NCBI GenBank assembly: GCA_944387335.1
Contig: CALXEM010000069.1
Location: 9,961-73,960, forward strand
From: an uncultured Clostridia bacterium
GTDB taxonomy: Bacteria > Bacillota > Clostridia > Oscillospirales > Ruminococcaceae
Length of the DNA: 64,000 nt
Reading direction: 5' to 3'
Position numbers and translations under genes: made by a program
Notes under the pieces: generated by a model
Told to the model about the DNA's origin: nothing
Seen by the model: the letters and a program-made list of their open reading frames with translations, nothing else
The model's database searches: none
Shown: positions 8,739 through 18,757 of the stretch, piece after piece
Numbering within the stretch: position 1 is the stretch's first letter
Layout of the letters: each line of letters starts with the position of its first letter

Positions 8739-9350
8739 CTATGCCCAGATATTTATTTTTACTCCACAGGTTTTGTCGTCGAATTTGAGAAGTTCAAGGG
8801 TTGCGGAAAACTCAGAGTCATCGTTCAATGCACCGAGTTTTTCTCTTGCGCCTTCGGGCTCGCCGATAAGCCAGTCGTTTCTCCACGTTGTAGTTTCTGT
8901 TGTGGAGATATACGTCTTTTCGTCAAGGTCTGATATACTTGGGTTCATCTTATAGTTATCGGGAGTTTTATATTTTTTGTCAAACTCTTTTTCGATATCC
9001 TTTGTGTATTTATACGCCGCTTTTGCTGAGGTGTCTGTTTCCTCATTAAAAATATACTGAACAGCGTACATGCAGTCGTTTGCGAACATAAGTATTACAG
9101 TTGCGTCAGTTTCGTTATATTTAAAAGGCTCGCTGAGTACTATGTCAACCTGATTTTCGCCCTCTCTGCGGTCGGAAATATCGCTTTCTTTTATCTCAAG
9201 ATAGTTTAAAACTTCTTGTTCACTGTGTGCCAAGTATTTATGGAGATTGACCATATTTTTCTTGTCAGGACTTGCGCCGCAGGCTGTAAACGAAAGACAT
9301 ATCAGAGTAGATAAAACAATCGAAAGAGTTTTTTTAAAAGTTTTTTTCAT
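8739..9350 (-). CDS. Lipoprotein of unknown function (paralog 2)
   Basis: Signal peptide plus lipobox MKKTFKKTLSIVLSTLICLSFTAC. Shares motifs with paralog 1: EVLNYLEIKESDISDR versus KVLKHIGIKEENISER, TDATV versus TNATV, and KTPDNYKMNPSISDL versus KKPDNYEKSPSLSDL. Confidence 0.8.
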   Translation of the reverse strand: MKKTFKKTLSIVLSTLICLSFTACGASPDKKNMVNLHKYLAHSEQEVLNYLEIKESDISDRREGENQVDIVLSEPFKYNETDATVILMFANDCMYAVQYIFNEETDTSAKAAYKYTKDIEKEFDKKYKTPDNYKMNPSISDLDEKTYISTTETTTWRNDWLIGEPEGAREKLGALNDDSEFSATLELLKFDDKTCGVKINIWA

Positions 9351-9619
9351 AAAATTACCTGTTCCATTTATGCTCAGTTTTATTTATTTGAGCGTGTATG
9401 TTATTGTGTTCTTATTTGGAAATTACCTGCAAATAAAAAGCCCATTGCAATCACCCCGTTTTCTTTATCATACAATATTTTACTGATAATGTAAATATTT
9501 TTATGAAAATGTGATAATATTTTTATATCTTAATGACGTATTATGTTAAAAAATCGAACTTATTGTGTCAAAAGATGTTCATTTTTTTATATCAGAGCAA
9601 TTAAAATAATTTACATAAT

Positions 9620-9650
9620 AAAAAAGCACACAGCATTTTGCTGTGTGCCT
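9620..9650 (-). terminator. Rho-independent terminator of the flavodoxin-like gene
   Basis: On the minus strand: gcacacagc-aaaat-gctgtgtgc followed by tttttt. Confidence 0.75.
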
Positions 9651-9673
9651 TATGTAAAATTATAAGCTGTAAA

Positions 9674-10102
9674 TTAGTCTTTGAGGGACTCGATAACATC
9701 GTTAGCCCATTTCTGAGCATCGAGAAGATCCTGCTCTGTGATAGAAGCCTTTCTGAAAAGACCACCCTTGAGCTGGCGCTCAAATACGTTCTCAACTGCG
9801 TTTACGCCTGTTGGAGCGAGAAGCTCTTTGAGATCAGCTATACCGCGGCTGCCTGTTTTTGTGAGAAGGCAGAAAGCAACGTTTTTGGATCTCTGTGGGT
9901 TGAGGTTTTTAAGAAAATCAACAACCTGTTTAGGAGCTGTGTTTCCGATTTCGAGACATACAAAAAGTACTTTTTCGTTCTCGCAAGGATATGCAGGCGG
10001 GATCTGGTCGCTTGTGCATTTGTTCTCACGTGCAATTTTCTCAGAGATTATCTGAGCGTTTCCTGTTTTAGAGAAAAACAGAGTTCTCATTTTCATAATC
10101 AT
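9674..10102 (-). CDS. Flavodoxin-like fold protein
   Basis: 142 aa. N-terminal FFSKTGNAQ resembles the flavodoxin T/S-x-T-G-x-T FMN-phosphate loop. GGAAGGAAG SD about 10 nt upstream of the ATG. Confidence 0.55.
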   Translation of the reverse strand: MIMKMRTLFFSKTGNAQIISEKIARENKCTSDQIPPAYPCENEKVLFVCLEIGNTAPKQVVDFLKNLNPQRSKNVAFCLLTKTGSRGIADLKELLAPTGVNAVENVFERQLKGGLFRKASITEQDLLDAQKWANDVIESLKD

Positions 10103-10149
10103 GTTTAATTACTTCCTTCCTTAAAATTAAAATATCAGTATAACTACAA

Positions 10150-10180
10150 TAAAAGACATCCAGAAACTTAGTCGGATGTC
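10150..10180 (-). terminator. Candidate terminator downstream of tRNA-Leu(CAA)
   Basis: 7-bp stem gacatcc/ggatgtc followed, on the minus strand, by cttttatt. Confidence 0.45.
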
Positions 10181-10193
10181 GTGCAAAATAGAG

Positions 10194-10280
10194 TGGTGCC
10201 GGTGGTGGGACTTGAACCCACACGGTATTGCTACCAACGGATTTTGAGTCCGTCACGTCTGCCATTCCATCACACCGGCA
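10194..10280 (-). tRNA. tRNA-Leu (anticodon CAA), class II, CCA encoded
   Basis: The reverse complement reads tgccggtgtgatggaatggcagacgtgacggactCAAaatccgttggtagcaataccgtgtgggttcaagtcccaccaccggcacca. Acceptor stem gccggtg/caccggc. Confidence 0.9.
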
Positions 10281-10465
10281 AGTATTGATTTACTTTCAGC
10301 AACGAATAATATTATATAATTTTTGCACATAAAAATCAATGGTTTTTTTGCGAAGACCAATTATTTTGTGATATTACACAATGCTTGATGCTTTATATAG
10401 TACAAAAAGCCGATTTAATAAATTAAGAGGCATATCCGAGTAAGGAATATACCTCTTAAACTAAT

Positions 10466-11767
10466 CTACAACAGCGATACAATATACACAGCCGCCAAAA
10501 ATTCCTGTGGCATTATTGCGGCGAGCAGTGTGAGCGTGTAGAGTTCTTCGCCGCAATCGAGATATTCAATTATCTTTTTGACGCAGAAAACACATCGTCC
10601 GGGTGAGGATAGCGTTTTTGAAATATTCTCAACTGCGTTTTTTATATTTTTTTCATCGAAAATGAGCTCTGGCTCGATCAATTCTTCATTATATCTTTCA
10701 TATATTCGTAAAATTTCGCTGTTAAAGCTCTCGGCTGTATAAATTTTAAGCGGACTTACCGCAAAGATTTCTGCCGCAATCTCCGCCGCTGATACGAGGT
10801 TACTTATTTTCAGCACGCTTCGGCGTTTTTTTCTTGTGATTACTCTGAATACCGCATTTTTGGCGACATTTAAAAGCCCTCGATTTACATGCGATGTGTC
10901 AAATGTATTTTCTGTATTGCTTAAAAGCTCGGAAAAGGTCTGTGCCGCCGTTTCGTCGAGTTTTTGACATTCGCCCTCATAAAATGTATATGCCATACCC
11001 TCGTATGAGCCGAGATATTTTAAAGCGTCGAGGTATCCGAGCCGCATATTTTGTTTGGCTATCTGTCCCTCAAAAAGCAAAAATACGCCAAGATTCCAAT
11101 AGCTTTTAATATGTGTAACTGTTTTGCCGTCAGAGTCAAACGGCTGATTTATTCCGAGTCCGTTTAGGTCGACGGCTATTATATCGTCAGCGCCCATTTC
11201 TATTGCGAGCTTTATCGGCATATTGTCATAATATCCGCCGTCTATATATTTCTTGCCGTCTATATCGCGCATTTTCATAGCGGGAAAACAGCTTGCCGAA
11301 GCCATGAGATAGTCTATCAGCTTATCTGTGCACAGCTCGTCCTTACCGACTATGCAGGGGGTAAATCCCGGGTATTCCACGGTAACTATTGCAAAATCCT
11401 TGTCCGAATTTTTTATTTTCTCAGCGTCTATATTTTCACGGAGCATTTTTTCCAGCGGTGCAGGGTCTACTCCTCCCGCTCTGAACATCTCCGAGGCAAA
11501 GGCGTTGAGCGTTTTTGCAACGTTTTTCTGATTTTCAAGCTTTTCCTCAATGTCCACATCGAGCACCTTGTCTGTGGATATGTTTTCCCAAAGGCTGCGT
11601 GCGAACTCAAAGTCACCCTGTACAATCATAGCGCCGTTAAGTGCTCCGACAGATGTTCCTGTCACTATATCAAAATCAATGCCGAGTTTTCTGAGCGCCT
11701 GCCACACGCCTATCTGATAGGCGCCTCTCGAGCCTCCGCCGGCGAGTACAACTGCTCTCTTTGCCAT
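10466..11767 (-). CDS. Patatin-like phospholipase family protein
   Basis: Oxyanion-hole motif GGGSRGAYQIG, nucleophile-elbow motif GTSVGALN and a DGG motif (YIDGGYYDNMP). Confidence 0.9.
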   Translation of the reverse strand: MAKRAVVLAGGGSRGAYQIGVWQALRKLGIDFDIVTGTSVGALNGAMIVQGDFEFARSLWENISTDKVLDVDIEEKLENQKNVAKTLNAFASEMFRAGGVDPAPLEKMLRENIDAEKIKNSDKDFAIVTVEYPGFTPCIVGKDELCTDKLIDYLMASASCFPAMKMRDIDGKKYIDGGYYDNMPIKLAIEMGADDIIAVDLNGLGINQPFDSDGKTVTHIKSYWNLGVFLLFEGQIAKQNMRLGYLDALKYLGSYEGMAYTFYEGECQKLDETAAQTFSELLSNTENTFDTSHVNRGLLNVAKNAVFRVITRKKRRSVLKISNLVSAAEIAAEIFAVSPLKIYTAESFNSEILRIYERYNEELIEPELIFDEKNIKNAVENISKTLSSPGRCVFCVKKIIEYLDCGEELYTLTLLAAIMPQEFLAAVYIVSLL

Positions 11768-11929
11768 AAAATCACCTGCCTTTTTATATTATTATATTAC
11801 CATATATATGTAGTTTTTTGAAGTAAAGAGTGTTTTTCTTGACAAACAAAAACACTCTGTTATACAATAAACTAAAAAGATGTGTGCACGTGCACGAAAT
11901 GTATGGACGATACAAAAAGGAGAGGTTTT

Positions 11930-12958
11930 ATGGCTGTTACTATAAAGGACATTGCCGCAATAGCAAATGTATCCAGAGGTACTGTTGACAGGGCGCTGAA
12001 TAACCGCGCGGGGGTAAATCCCGATGTGGCGAAAAACATTCTGAAAATAGCCTCCGATTTGGGATATCGTCCTAATAAGGCTGGAAAGGCGCTTGCCGCA
12101 AGAAAGAAGTCGACGGTTATCGGAATGGCTCTGCCGAGCATTAACAATCCGTTTTTTACCGATGTTATTTCCGGTGCAATGCGTGCAGGACAGGAGTTTG
12201 CCGACTATGGCATAAAGGTAATTATCAAGGAGTATAAGGGCTTTTCTGTTCAGCGTCAGCTTGAGGCTATGGAGGCGCTTGAGCGCGAGGGTGTAAACGC
12301 AGTTTGCATAGTTCCGATAGACGACGATTTAATACGCGCAAAGATAGACGAGCTCTATGATAAAAACATACCTGTAATTGCGCTCAACTCAGATTTGCCC
12401 GATTCAAGGAGAGTTTGCTTTGTGGGAAATGACTATGAAAAGAGCGGACGCACCGCCGCTGGAATGTTTGGGCTTATTACAGGCGGTGTTGCCAATGTGC
12501 TCATAGTCACAGGTTCTATAAAAATGCTCGGACACAACCAGAGAATACACGGCTTCGGTCAGCTTATAAAGGAAAAATATCCGGGCATAACGATAGCTGA
12601 CGTAATTGCGTGTGACGATGACGACGAAACAGCACATAAAAACGTATTTGAGGTGCTGACGAAAAATCCTACGATAGACAGCATGTATATAACGGCGGGA
12701 GCTCAGACGGGAGCTGTGCGCGCTGTGCGTGAGAGCGGTAGGGGCAAGAGTTTTCCTATAATATGCTTTGACGACACAAAGACAAACAAGGAGCTTTTAA
12801 AGAACGGCGAGGTACGTGCGATAATCTGTCAGGAGGCTTACCGTCAGGGCTATGAGCCGATAAAGATACTTTTTGAAATGCTTATAAACGCAAGAAAGCC
12901 TAAAAACGAGCACATATATACAGACATTGTAATTAAAATACCCGAAAATACAGACTAA
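11930..12958 (+). CDS. LacI-family transcriptional regulator
   Basis: N-terminal HTH VTIKDIAAIANVSRGTVDRALNNRAGV, followed by a periplasmic-binding-protein-like fold. The ATG at 11930 follows AAAGGAGAG. The upstream 16 codons in the ORF track are unlikely to be translated. Confidence 0.9.
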   Translation: MAVTIKDIAAIANVSRGTVDRALNNRAGVNPDVAKNILKIASDLGYRPNKAGKALAARKKSTVIGMALPSINNPFFTDVISGAMRAGQEFADYGIKVIIKEYKGFSVQRQLEAMEALEREGVNAVCIVPIDDDLIRAKIDELYDKNIPVIALNSDLPDSRRVCFVGNDYEKSGRTAAGMFGLITGGVANVLIVTGSIKMLGHNQRIHGFGQLIKEKYPGITIADVIACDDDDETAHKNVFEVLTKNPTIDSMYITAGAQTGAVRAVRESGRGKSFPIICFDDTKTNKELLKNGEVRAIICQEAYRQGYEPIKILFEMLINARKPKNEHIYTDIVIKIPENTD

Positions 12959-12980
12959 ATACAGAGAGGACGGCGTAAAA

Positions 12981-14504
12981 ATGAGATATCTTATAGGAGT
13001 GGATATAGGAACGTCTGGCACAAAGACAGTGCTTTTTGACGAGCAGGGCAATACAGTGGCTTCTGCAACAGTGGAGTATCCTATGTATCAGCCGCAAAAC
13101 GGCTGGGCAGAGCAGGACGCTGACGACTGGTGGAGAGCTTCTGTCAGCACATTAAAACAGGTTGTAGAGGAGAGCGGAGTTGCACCGAGCGACATAAAGG
13201 GTATAGGCTTGTCAGGACAGATGCACGGACTTGTAATGCTCGATGAAGAGAACAAAGTGCTCAGACGCTCGATAATCTGGTGCGATCAGCGTACAGCAAA
13301 GCAGTGTGAGGAGATTAACAGGATTGTCGGTGAAGATAAGGTAATCGAGATAACGGCAAACCCTGTGCTGACAGGCTTTACAGCGCCTAAAATACTCTGG
13401 GTGCGTGAAAACGAGCCTGAAATATATGAAAAATGCCGCCACATGCTTCTGCCAAAGGACTATGTGCGCTTTAAGATGACAGGAGAATTTGTGACAGACG
13501 TTTCGGATGCGTCAGGCATGAGCTTATTAAATGTTGCAAAAAGAGACTGGTCAGACGAGATGCTCGATGCTCTCGGCATAAAAAAAGAGATGATGGCGCG
13601 CGTTATGGAGTCATCGCATGTCAGCGGATACACTACAAAGGAACTTGAGGAGCTGACGGGAATACCGTGCGGCACACCTGTTGCGGCGGGCGCGGGAGAC
13701 AACGCTGCGGCGGCTGTCGGAACAGGCGTTGTGGAGAACTCCAAGGCGTTTACAACGATTGGTACATCGGGAGTTGTATTTGCACACACTGACAAGCCTG
13801 TAATAGATAAAAAGGGACGCGTACACACATTCTGCTGTGCAGTTGACGGCTGCTGGCACGTCATGGGAGTTACTCAAGGAGCAGGACTTTCGTTAAAGTG
13901 GCTTCGCGATAACTTCTGCTATGAGGAAAAAGCTCAGGCTCAGGAGCTAGATATAGACGTTTATCAGCTCATGGACAGCAAGGCGGCTCAGATACCGATA
14001 GGCTCGCAGAAGCTTTTGTTCCTGCCGTACCTTATGGGAGAGAGAACACCTCACCTTGACCCTGACTGCCGCGGAGTATTTTTCGGAATATCCGCTGTGC
14101 ACACAAAGGCAAACTTTATCCGCTCGGTTATGGAGGGCGTTTCCTATTCTCTGCGCGACTGTGTCGAAATAATAAGAGAGATGGGCATACAGACTGACAA
14201 TATGTACGCCTGCGGAGGCGGAGCGGTGAGCCCGCTGTGGAGACAGATGCTCGCCGATTTGTTTGGCTGCAATGTCAAAACAGTTTCCTCAAAGGAGGGA
14301 CCTGCTCTTGGTGCGGCTATTTTGGCAGGTGTTTGTTCGGGAGTTTATAAAAATGTAGTTGAGGGCTGCAAGATTGCAGTTAAGGACAATAAAACTCAAA
14401 CTCCGATAGAGGAAAACAGCTGTCAGTATGAGCCTTACTACCAGCTTTACCGCAAACTTTATCCTGCTTTAAAGGATAATTTCAAAGCGTTGGCAGAGAT
14501 GTAA
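12981..14504 (+). CDS. xylB: Xylulokinase (FGGY carbohydrate kinase family)
   Basis: Motifs GVDIGTSGTKTVLFD, MLLPKDYVRFKMTGEFVTDVSDASGMSLLNVAKRDWS and GGGAVSPLWRQMLADLFG. Confidence 0.85.
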   Translation: MRYLIGVDIGTSGTKTVLFDEQGNTVASATVEYPMYQPQNGWAEQDADDWWRASVSTLKQVVEESGVAPSDIKGIGLSGQMHGLVMLDEENKVLRRSIIWCDQRTAKQCEEINRIVGEDKVIEITANPVLTGFTAPKILWVRENEPEIYEKCRHMLLPKDYVRFKMTGEFVTDVSDASGMSLLNVAKRDWSDEMLDALGIKKEMMARVMESSHVSGYTTKELEELTGIPCGTPVAAGAGDNAAAAVGTGVVENSKAFTTIGTSGVVFAHTDKPVIDKKGRVHTFCCAVDGCWHVMGVTQGAGLSLKWLRDNFCYEEKAQAQELDIDVYQLMDSKAAQIPIGSQKLLFLPYLMGERTPHLDPDCRGVFFGISAVHTKANFIRSVMEGVSYSLRDCVEIIREMGIQTDNMYACGGGAVSPLWRQMLADLFGCNVKTVSSKEGPALGAAILAGVCSGVYKNVVEGCKIAVKDNKTQTPIEENSCQYEPYYQLYRKLYPALKDNFKALAEM

Positions 14505-14521
14505 TTAAAAACAGAAAATAT

Positions 14522-14569
14522 CCCCGAAAGCTTTTGTAATGATTAAATTAAAAAGCTTTCGGGGTTTTT
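14522..14569 (+). terminator. Rho-independent terminator after xylB
   Basis: Hairpin ccccgaaagctttt ... aaaagctttcgggg followed by ttttt. Confidence 0.8.
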
Positions 14570-14791
14570 AATTTATAAAATAATATATTTGTGGAAATTA
14601 AGATTATTGAGATTTACGGTAAAAAAGCATATTCGGTGAAGGACTTGTTTTATAAAGTTTTTCACCGCCTTTTTGATTTGTCACAAAATATTCAGATAAT
14701 AATATAGCTGTCGGGAGATTTTTTTGCTATAATAAACTAAGTATTGCGAAAAAACCTTTCAGGCTTATTTTTTATAACGGGAGATGAAACG

Positions 14792-16081
14792 ATGGGTCAC
14801 ACAGAGTGTAACTTTAAACGTGAAGAACTTATGCCGAATGTGCACTTTTCGGCTGTGACAGATAAAAAATTCAAATTTGACAGAATTACCGTATGCCTTA
14901 TCATGCCTATGGACAGACAAAAGGTCACTGTCAATGCGCTTGTACCGTTTTTGCTCAGAAGAAGCTGTGAAAAATATCCTGACTTTACAGCGCTTAATAA
15001 AAAGCTCGGTGAACTCTACGGCGCAATTTTGGACGCTGATGTAGGCAAATTCGGAGCACATCAGGTGCTCAATGTACTCATACAGGGTATAGATGACAGA
15101 TTTTCACTTGAGAACGAGAACCTTACGGAGGAATACGCAAAGCTTTTGAGCGACATGCTGTTTTATCCTGATTTTGAAAACGGCGTGTTTAAACAGGAAG
15201 CTGTAAACATAGAAAAGCAGTCCTTAAAGGACCTTATAGAATCTGAGATAAACGAAAAGAGAACATACGCCATATCCCAGTGTATGCAGTCCATGTTCGA
15301 GGGCAGCGAGTTTGCTGTAAAAAAATACGGATATGCTGACGAGGTGGAGAATATAACCGCTGAGTCTGCGGCAGATGCTTACAGAAATATAGTTGAGAAT
15401 GCCGCAGTTGAAATAGTGTGCTCGGGAAGCTCCGACTTTAACGGTGTAAAAAAGATTTTTGCCGATATATTCTCTAATGCAAAAAAAGAGCGCGCCGTGT
15501 TTGAGAAAAAGGACGCACCTAATCAGAAAAATGACGCCCGCGAAGTAAGCGAGGAAATGGACGTAAATCAGGGCAAGCTTGTTCTGGGATTTAGAGTACC
15601 AAAACTTTCGACAAAGCGCGAAAAGGACGCTGTAAGAATAATGACTGCCATGCTCGGCGGAACAACATTTTCAAAGCTGTTTTTGAATGTCAGAGAAAAG
15701 CTGAGTCTTTGCTATTACTGCGCGGCAAGATATGATAAGCTTTCCTCAAGCGTAATTGTGGACAGCGGAATTGAATTTGAAAACAAGGAAAAAGCTCAGA
15801 AAGAGATAATAAATCAGATAAAGAGTATCGAAAACGGTGATTTTACAGACGAGGAGCTCTCGCAGACAATACTGTTTGTAAAGAACGCTATGAACTCTCT
15901 TACAGATTCTCCGTCATCTGTGTCAAACTGGTATTTAACTCAGATTTTAAACGATGCCGACAACATCAAATCACCTGAGCAGGATTCAGCGGATTTGGAG
16001 CTTATATCTGCCGACGAGGTTAAAAAAGCCGCTTCACTGCTGTCTCTCGACACTGTTTATTTTTTGAAGGGAAAGGAATGA
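14792..16081 (+). CDS. M16 (pitrilysin) family peptidase-like protein, non-catalytic partner (YmfF-like)
   Basis: M16 fold-like length and composition, but no HxxEH zinc motif. The ATG at 14792 follows GGGAG. An extended -10 element TGcTATAAT lies about 60 nt upstream. Confidence 0.7.
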   Translation: MGHTECNFKREELMPNVHFSAVTDKKFKFDRITVCLIMPMDRQKVTVNALVPFLLRRSCEKYPDFTALNKKLGELYGAILDADVGKFGAHQVLNVLIQGIDDRFSLENENLTEEYAKLLSDMLFYPDFENGVFKQEAVNIEKQSLKDLIESEINEKRTYAISQCMQSMFEGSEFAVKKYGYADEVENITAESAADAYRNIVENAAVEIVCSGSSDFNGVKKIFADIFSNAKKERAVFEKKDAPNQKNDAREVSEEMDVNQGKLVLGFRVPKLSTKREKDAVRIMTAMLGGTTFSKLFLNVREKLSLCYYCAARYDKLSSSVIVDSGIEFENKEKAQKEIINQIKSIENGDFTDEELSQTILFVKNAMNSLTDSPSSVSNWYLTQILNDADNIKSPEQDSADLELISADEVKKAASLLSLDTVYFLKGKE

Positions 16082-16087
16082 GCTTAA

Positions 16088-17362
16088 TTGAGACAAGAGG
16101 CGATATATTCAACAAGACTCAATGATGAGTATGTTAAAATAGAACATGACTCGGGACTTACAATGCTTTTGTGCCCGATGAAGGGTTTCAGCACATCATT
16201 TGCTCTGTTTTCCACAGAGTACGGCTCTATCGACGTGAGCTTTAAGACAGACAAAGAGGACGACTTTGTCACAGTTCCTGCGGGTATAGCGCACTACCTT
16301 GAGCACAAGCTCTTTGAGAGTGAGGACAAGGACGCATTTGAGCGCTATGCAAAGACGGGAGCGAGTGCGAACGCATACACCTCGTTTGACAAGACAGCGT
16401 ACCTTTTCGGCTGTTCCGAAAACTTTAAAGAGTCGCTGGAGATACTGCTCGACTTTGTGACATCGCCGTATTTCACCGAGCAGACTGTTCAGAAAGAGCA
16501 GGGCATAATCGGTCAGGAGATACGCATGTACGACGACGACCCGCAGTGGCGCGTTATGGTAAATCTTCTTGAGGCTGTCTACAAAAACAACCCTGTAAAG
16601 ACAGATATTGCGGGAACAGTTGAGTCAATAGCTCAGATAAACGCAGATCTCCTTTACCGCTGTTACAACACGTTTTACAATCTCAACAACATGGTGCTGA
16701 CCATTGCGGGAAATTTTGAGGTTGCGGACGTACTTGAGGTTGCTGACAAAATCCTTAAAAAATCAGACGACGTAAAGGTAATAAGAATGCCGATTGACGA
16801 GCCTGAGGACGTGTGCAAAAAATACGTTGAGGCAAATCTGCCTGTTTCAATGCCGCTTTTCAATATCGGTATAAAGCATAAGCCATCGGACAAAACACAA
16901 AACGCAAAGGTTCAGCTCATAGACGAGATGATACTCGACGTCATTGCAGGCGAGGTTTCACCGCTGTACAGACGCCTTTACGATTCGGGACTTATAAATT
17001 CGTCGTTTGCGGCTGAGAGCTTTGTGGGACGCGATTATGTGATGAGCCTGTTTGCAGGTGAATCGAAAAATCCTGACGAGGTTTACAGACAGATAATGGC
17101 TGAGATTGAAAGGGCAAAATCCGAAGGCATAGACAAAGAGCGCTTTAACATAGCTAAAAAGAGCCTTTACGGAAAATATCTCAGCGCATTTTCCACTCCT
17201 GAGGGTGTTGCAAGCATGATGCAGGCGGCTCACATGTATAATTTTGAGATGTACTCAATGCTCGATGAAATTGCGTCTGTAAGCTTGGACGACGCTCAGA
17301 ACAGACTGAACACCGCTTTTGATACTGAAAAAAGCGTATTGTCTGTTGTAAAAAGCAAATAA
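16088..17362 (+). CDS. M16 (pitrilysin) family zinc peptidase (YmfH-like)
   Basis: Inverted zincin motif HYLEH in GIAHYLEHKLFE. TTG start 9 nt after AAGGAA. Located 6 nt downstream of the partner gene's stop. Confidence 0.8.
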   Translation: MRQEAIYSTRLNDEYVKIEHDSGLTMLLCPMKGFSTSFALFSTEYGSIDVSFKTDKEDDFVTVPAGIAHYLEHKLFESEDKDAFERYAKTGASANAYTSFDKTAYLFGCSENFKESLEILLDFVTSPYFTEQTVQKEQGIIGQEIRMYDDDPQWRVMVNLLEAVYKNNPVKTDIAGTVESIAQINADLLYRCYNTFYNLNNMVLTIAGNFEVADVLEVADKILKKSDDVKVIRMPIDEPEDVCKKYVEANLPVSMPLFNIGIKHKPSDKTQNAKVQLIDEMILDVIAGEVSPLYRRLYDSGLINSSFAAESFVGRDYVMSLFAGESKNPDEVYRQIMAEIERAKSEGIDKERFNIAKKSLYGKYLSAFSTPEGVASMMQAAHMYNFEMYSMLDEIASVSLDDAQNRLNTAFDTEKSVLSVVKSK

Positions 17363-17455
17363 ACCGAGCGTTTATAAAATGCGTTATATACGAACAACGT
17401 CGGACAGACGCTGTTCGATTACATATAAATATTTGAAAGGAATTGGTATTCAGTT

Positions 17456-18664
17456 ATGACAGAGACACTTTCATTTCCGGGGTTAGGGTTTGATTTAGAG
17501 CTCAACAGAGTGGCGTTTTCAATAGGAGATGTGGCATTTTACTGGTACGGTATAATAATTGCCGCAGGCTTTGCTCTGGCGCTTTTCTATGCAATGAAGA
17601 AGGTTAAAGTTTTCGGACTTGACGCCGACAGAGTAGTAGACGTTGTTATTGTGGGAGCTATCGGTGCATTTATCTGTGCAAGACTTTACTACGTTATTTT
17701 TTCATGGTCTGACTACAAGAATGACCTTTTGTCGATATTCGATACAAGAAGCGGCGGTATGGCTATATACGGCGGTGTAATAGGCGCTTTCCTTTTCGGC
17801 GGAATAATGTGCAAGATTAGAAAAGTTAAAGTATTGCCTATGTTCGATTTAACTGTCGGCGGACTCTTTATCGGTCAGGCAATAGGCAGATGGGGTAACT
17901 TTGTAAATATTGAGGCATTCGGATCAAATACAAATATGCCTTGGGGTATGACAAGTGAGTCCATCACATCATATCTCAGAGCTCAGCAGGACAGCCTTGC
18001 TAAAATAGGCATGACAGTTGATCCGTCTTTACCTGTTCACCCCACATTTTTGTATGAGTCAATTTGGTGCGCAATAGGATTTTTTGTGCTTCAGGCAATT
18101 ATAAAACGCCGCAGATTTGACGGAGAGTGTACTCTGTTCTACTGCGTATGGTACGGCGCAGGCAGATTTGTAATAGAGGGTATGAGAACAGACAGCCTTA
18201 TGCTCGGTGCACTCAGAGTTTCTCAGCTTGTGGCTATTATCGGATGTATTGCCGCTTTGGCTACTTGGATTATTGTGCGCTCAAAGATAAGAAGAATGGG
18301 CGACCCTGAATATTTACAGCTCTATGTAAATACAGATGAAGGTAAAGCTGTTTTGGACGGTACATATTATAAAGAGCTCAAAGAGAAAAAGAAAAAGAGA
18401 AAGCTCAGAAAAAAACTCAGAAAAGATATGGCGCTTAAAAATGCAGTAGAGGGCAATGACGAAACCGAGGACGAGGAAAAATCAGATGAGGACGACGAGG
18501 CTGTTGAGCCATCTGAGTCCGAAGAAGAGACTAAATCCGAAACGGTTGAGGATTTGCTTGACAGCATGAGCATAGAGGATGACACAGATGTAAATGAGTC
18601 AGACGATGACGACTATGCCGAAAGCGACGAAGCTGACGACGCAAAAAAAGAAAAAGAAGAATAA
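17456..18664 (+). CDS. lgt: Prolipoprotein diacylglyceryl transferase with a ~100-aa charged C-terminal extension
   Basis: Motifs GRWGNFVNIEAFG and HPTFLYESIW, with multiple TM segments. The tail is KELKEKKKKRKLRKKLRK followed by a D/E/S-rich run through the stop. Confidence 0.9.
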   Translation: MTETLSFPGLGFDLELNRVAFSIGDVAFYWYGIIIAAGFALALFYAMKKVKVFGLDADRVVDVVIVGAIGAFICARLYYVIFSWSDYKNDLLSIFDTRSGGMAIYGGVIGAFLFGGIMCKIRKVKVLPMFDLTVGGLFIGQAIGRWGNFVNIEAFGSNTNMPWGMTSESITSYLRAQQDSLAKIGMTVDPSLPVHPTFLYESIWCAIGFFVLQAIIKRRRFDGECTLFYCVWYGAGRFVIEGMRTDSLMLGALRVSQLVAIIGCIAALATWIIVRSKIRRMGDPEYLQLYVNTDEGKAVLDGTYYKELKEKKKKRKLRKKLRKDMALKNAVEGNDETEDEEKSDEDDEAVEPSESEEETKSETVEDLLDSMSIEDDTDVNESDDDDYAESDEADDAKKEKEE

Positions 18665-18757
18665 TCTTTAAGTATACAAAACAGCGTGCGGGAGAGTTTT
18701 TTCGCACGCTGTTTATTCAAAATTTTATTTTACAAATTAAGAAAGGCGGTTTTAAAT

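Noticed and set aside
9638-10108. 156-aa and 105-aa plus-strand ORFs overlapping the flavodoxin-like gene
   Set aside because: They are antisense to a minus-strand ORF that has a good SD, a terminator and a flavodoxin-like phosphate-binding loop.
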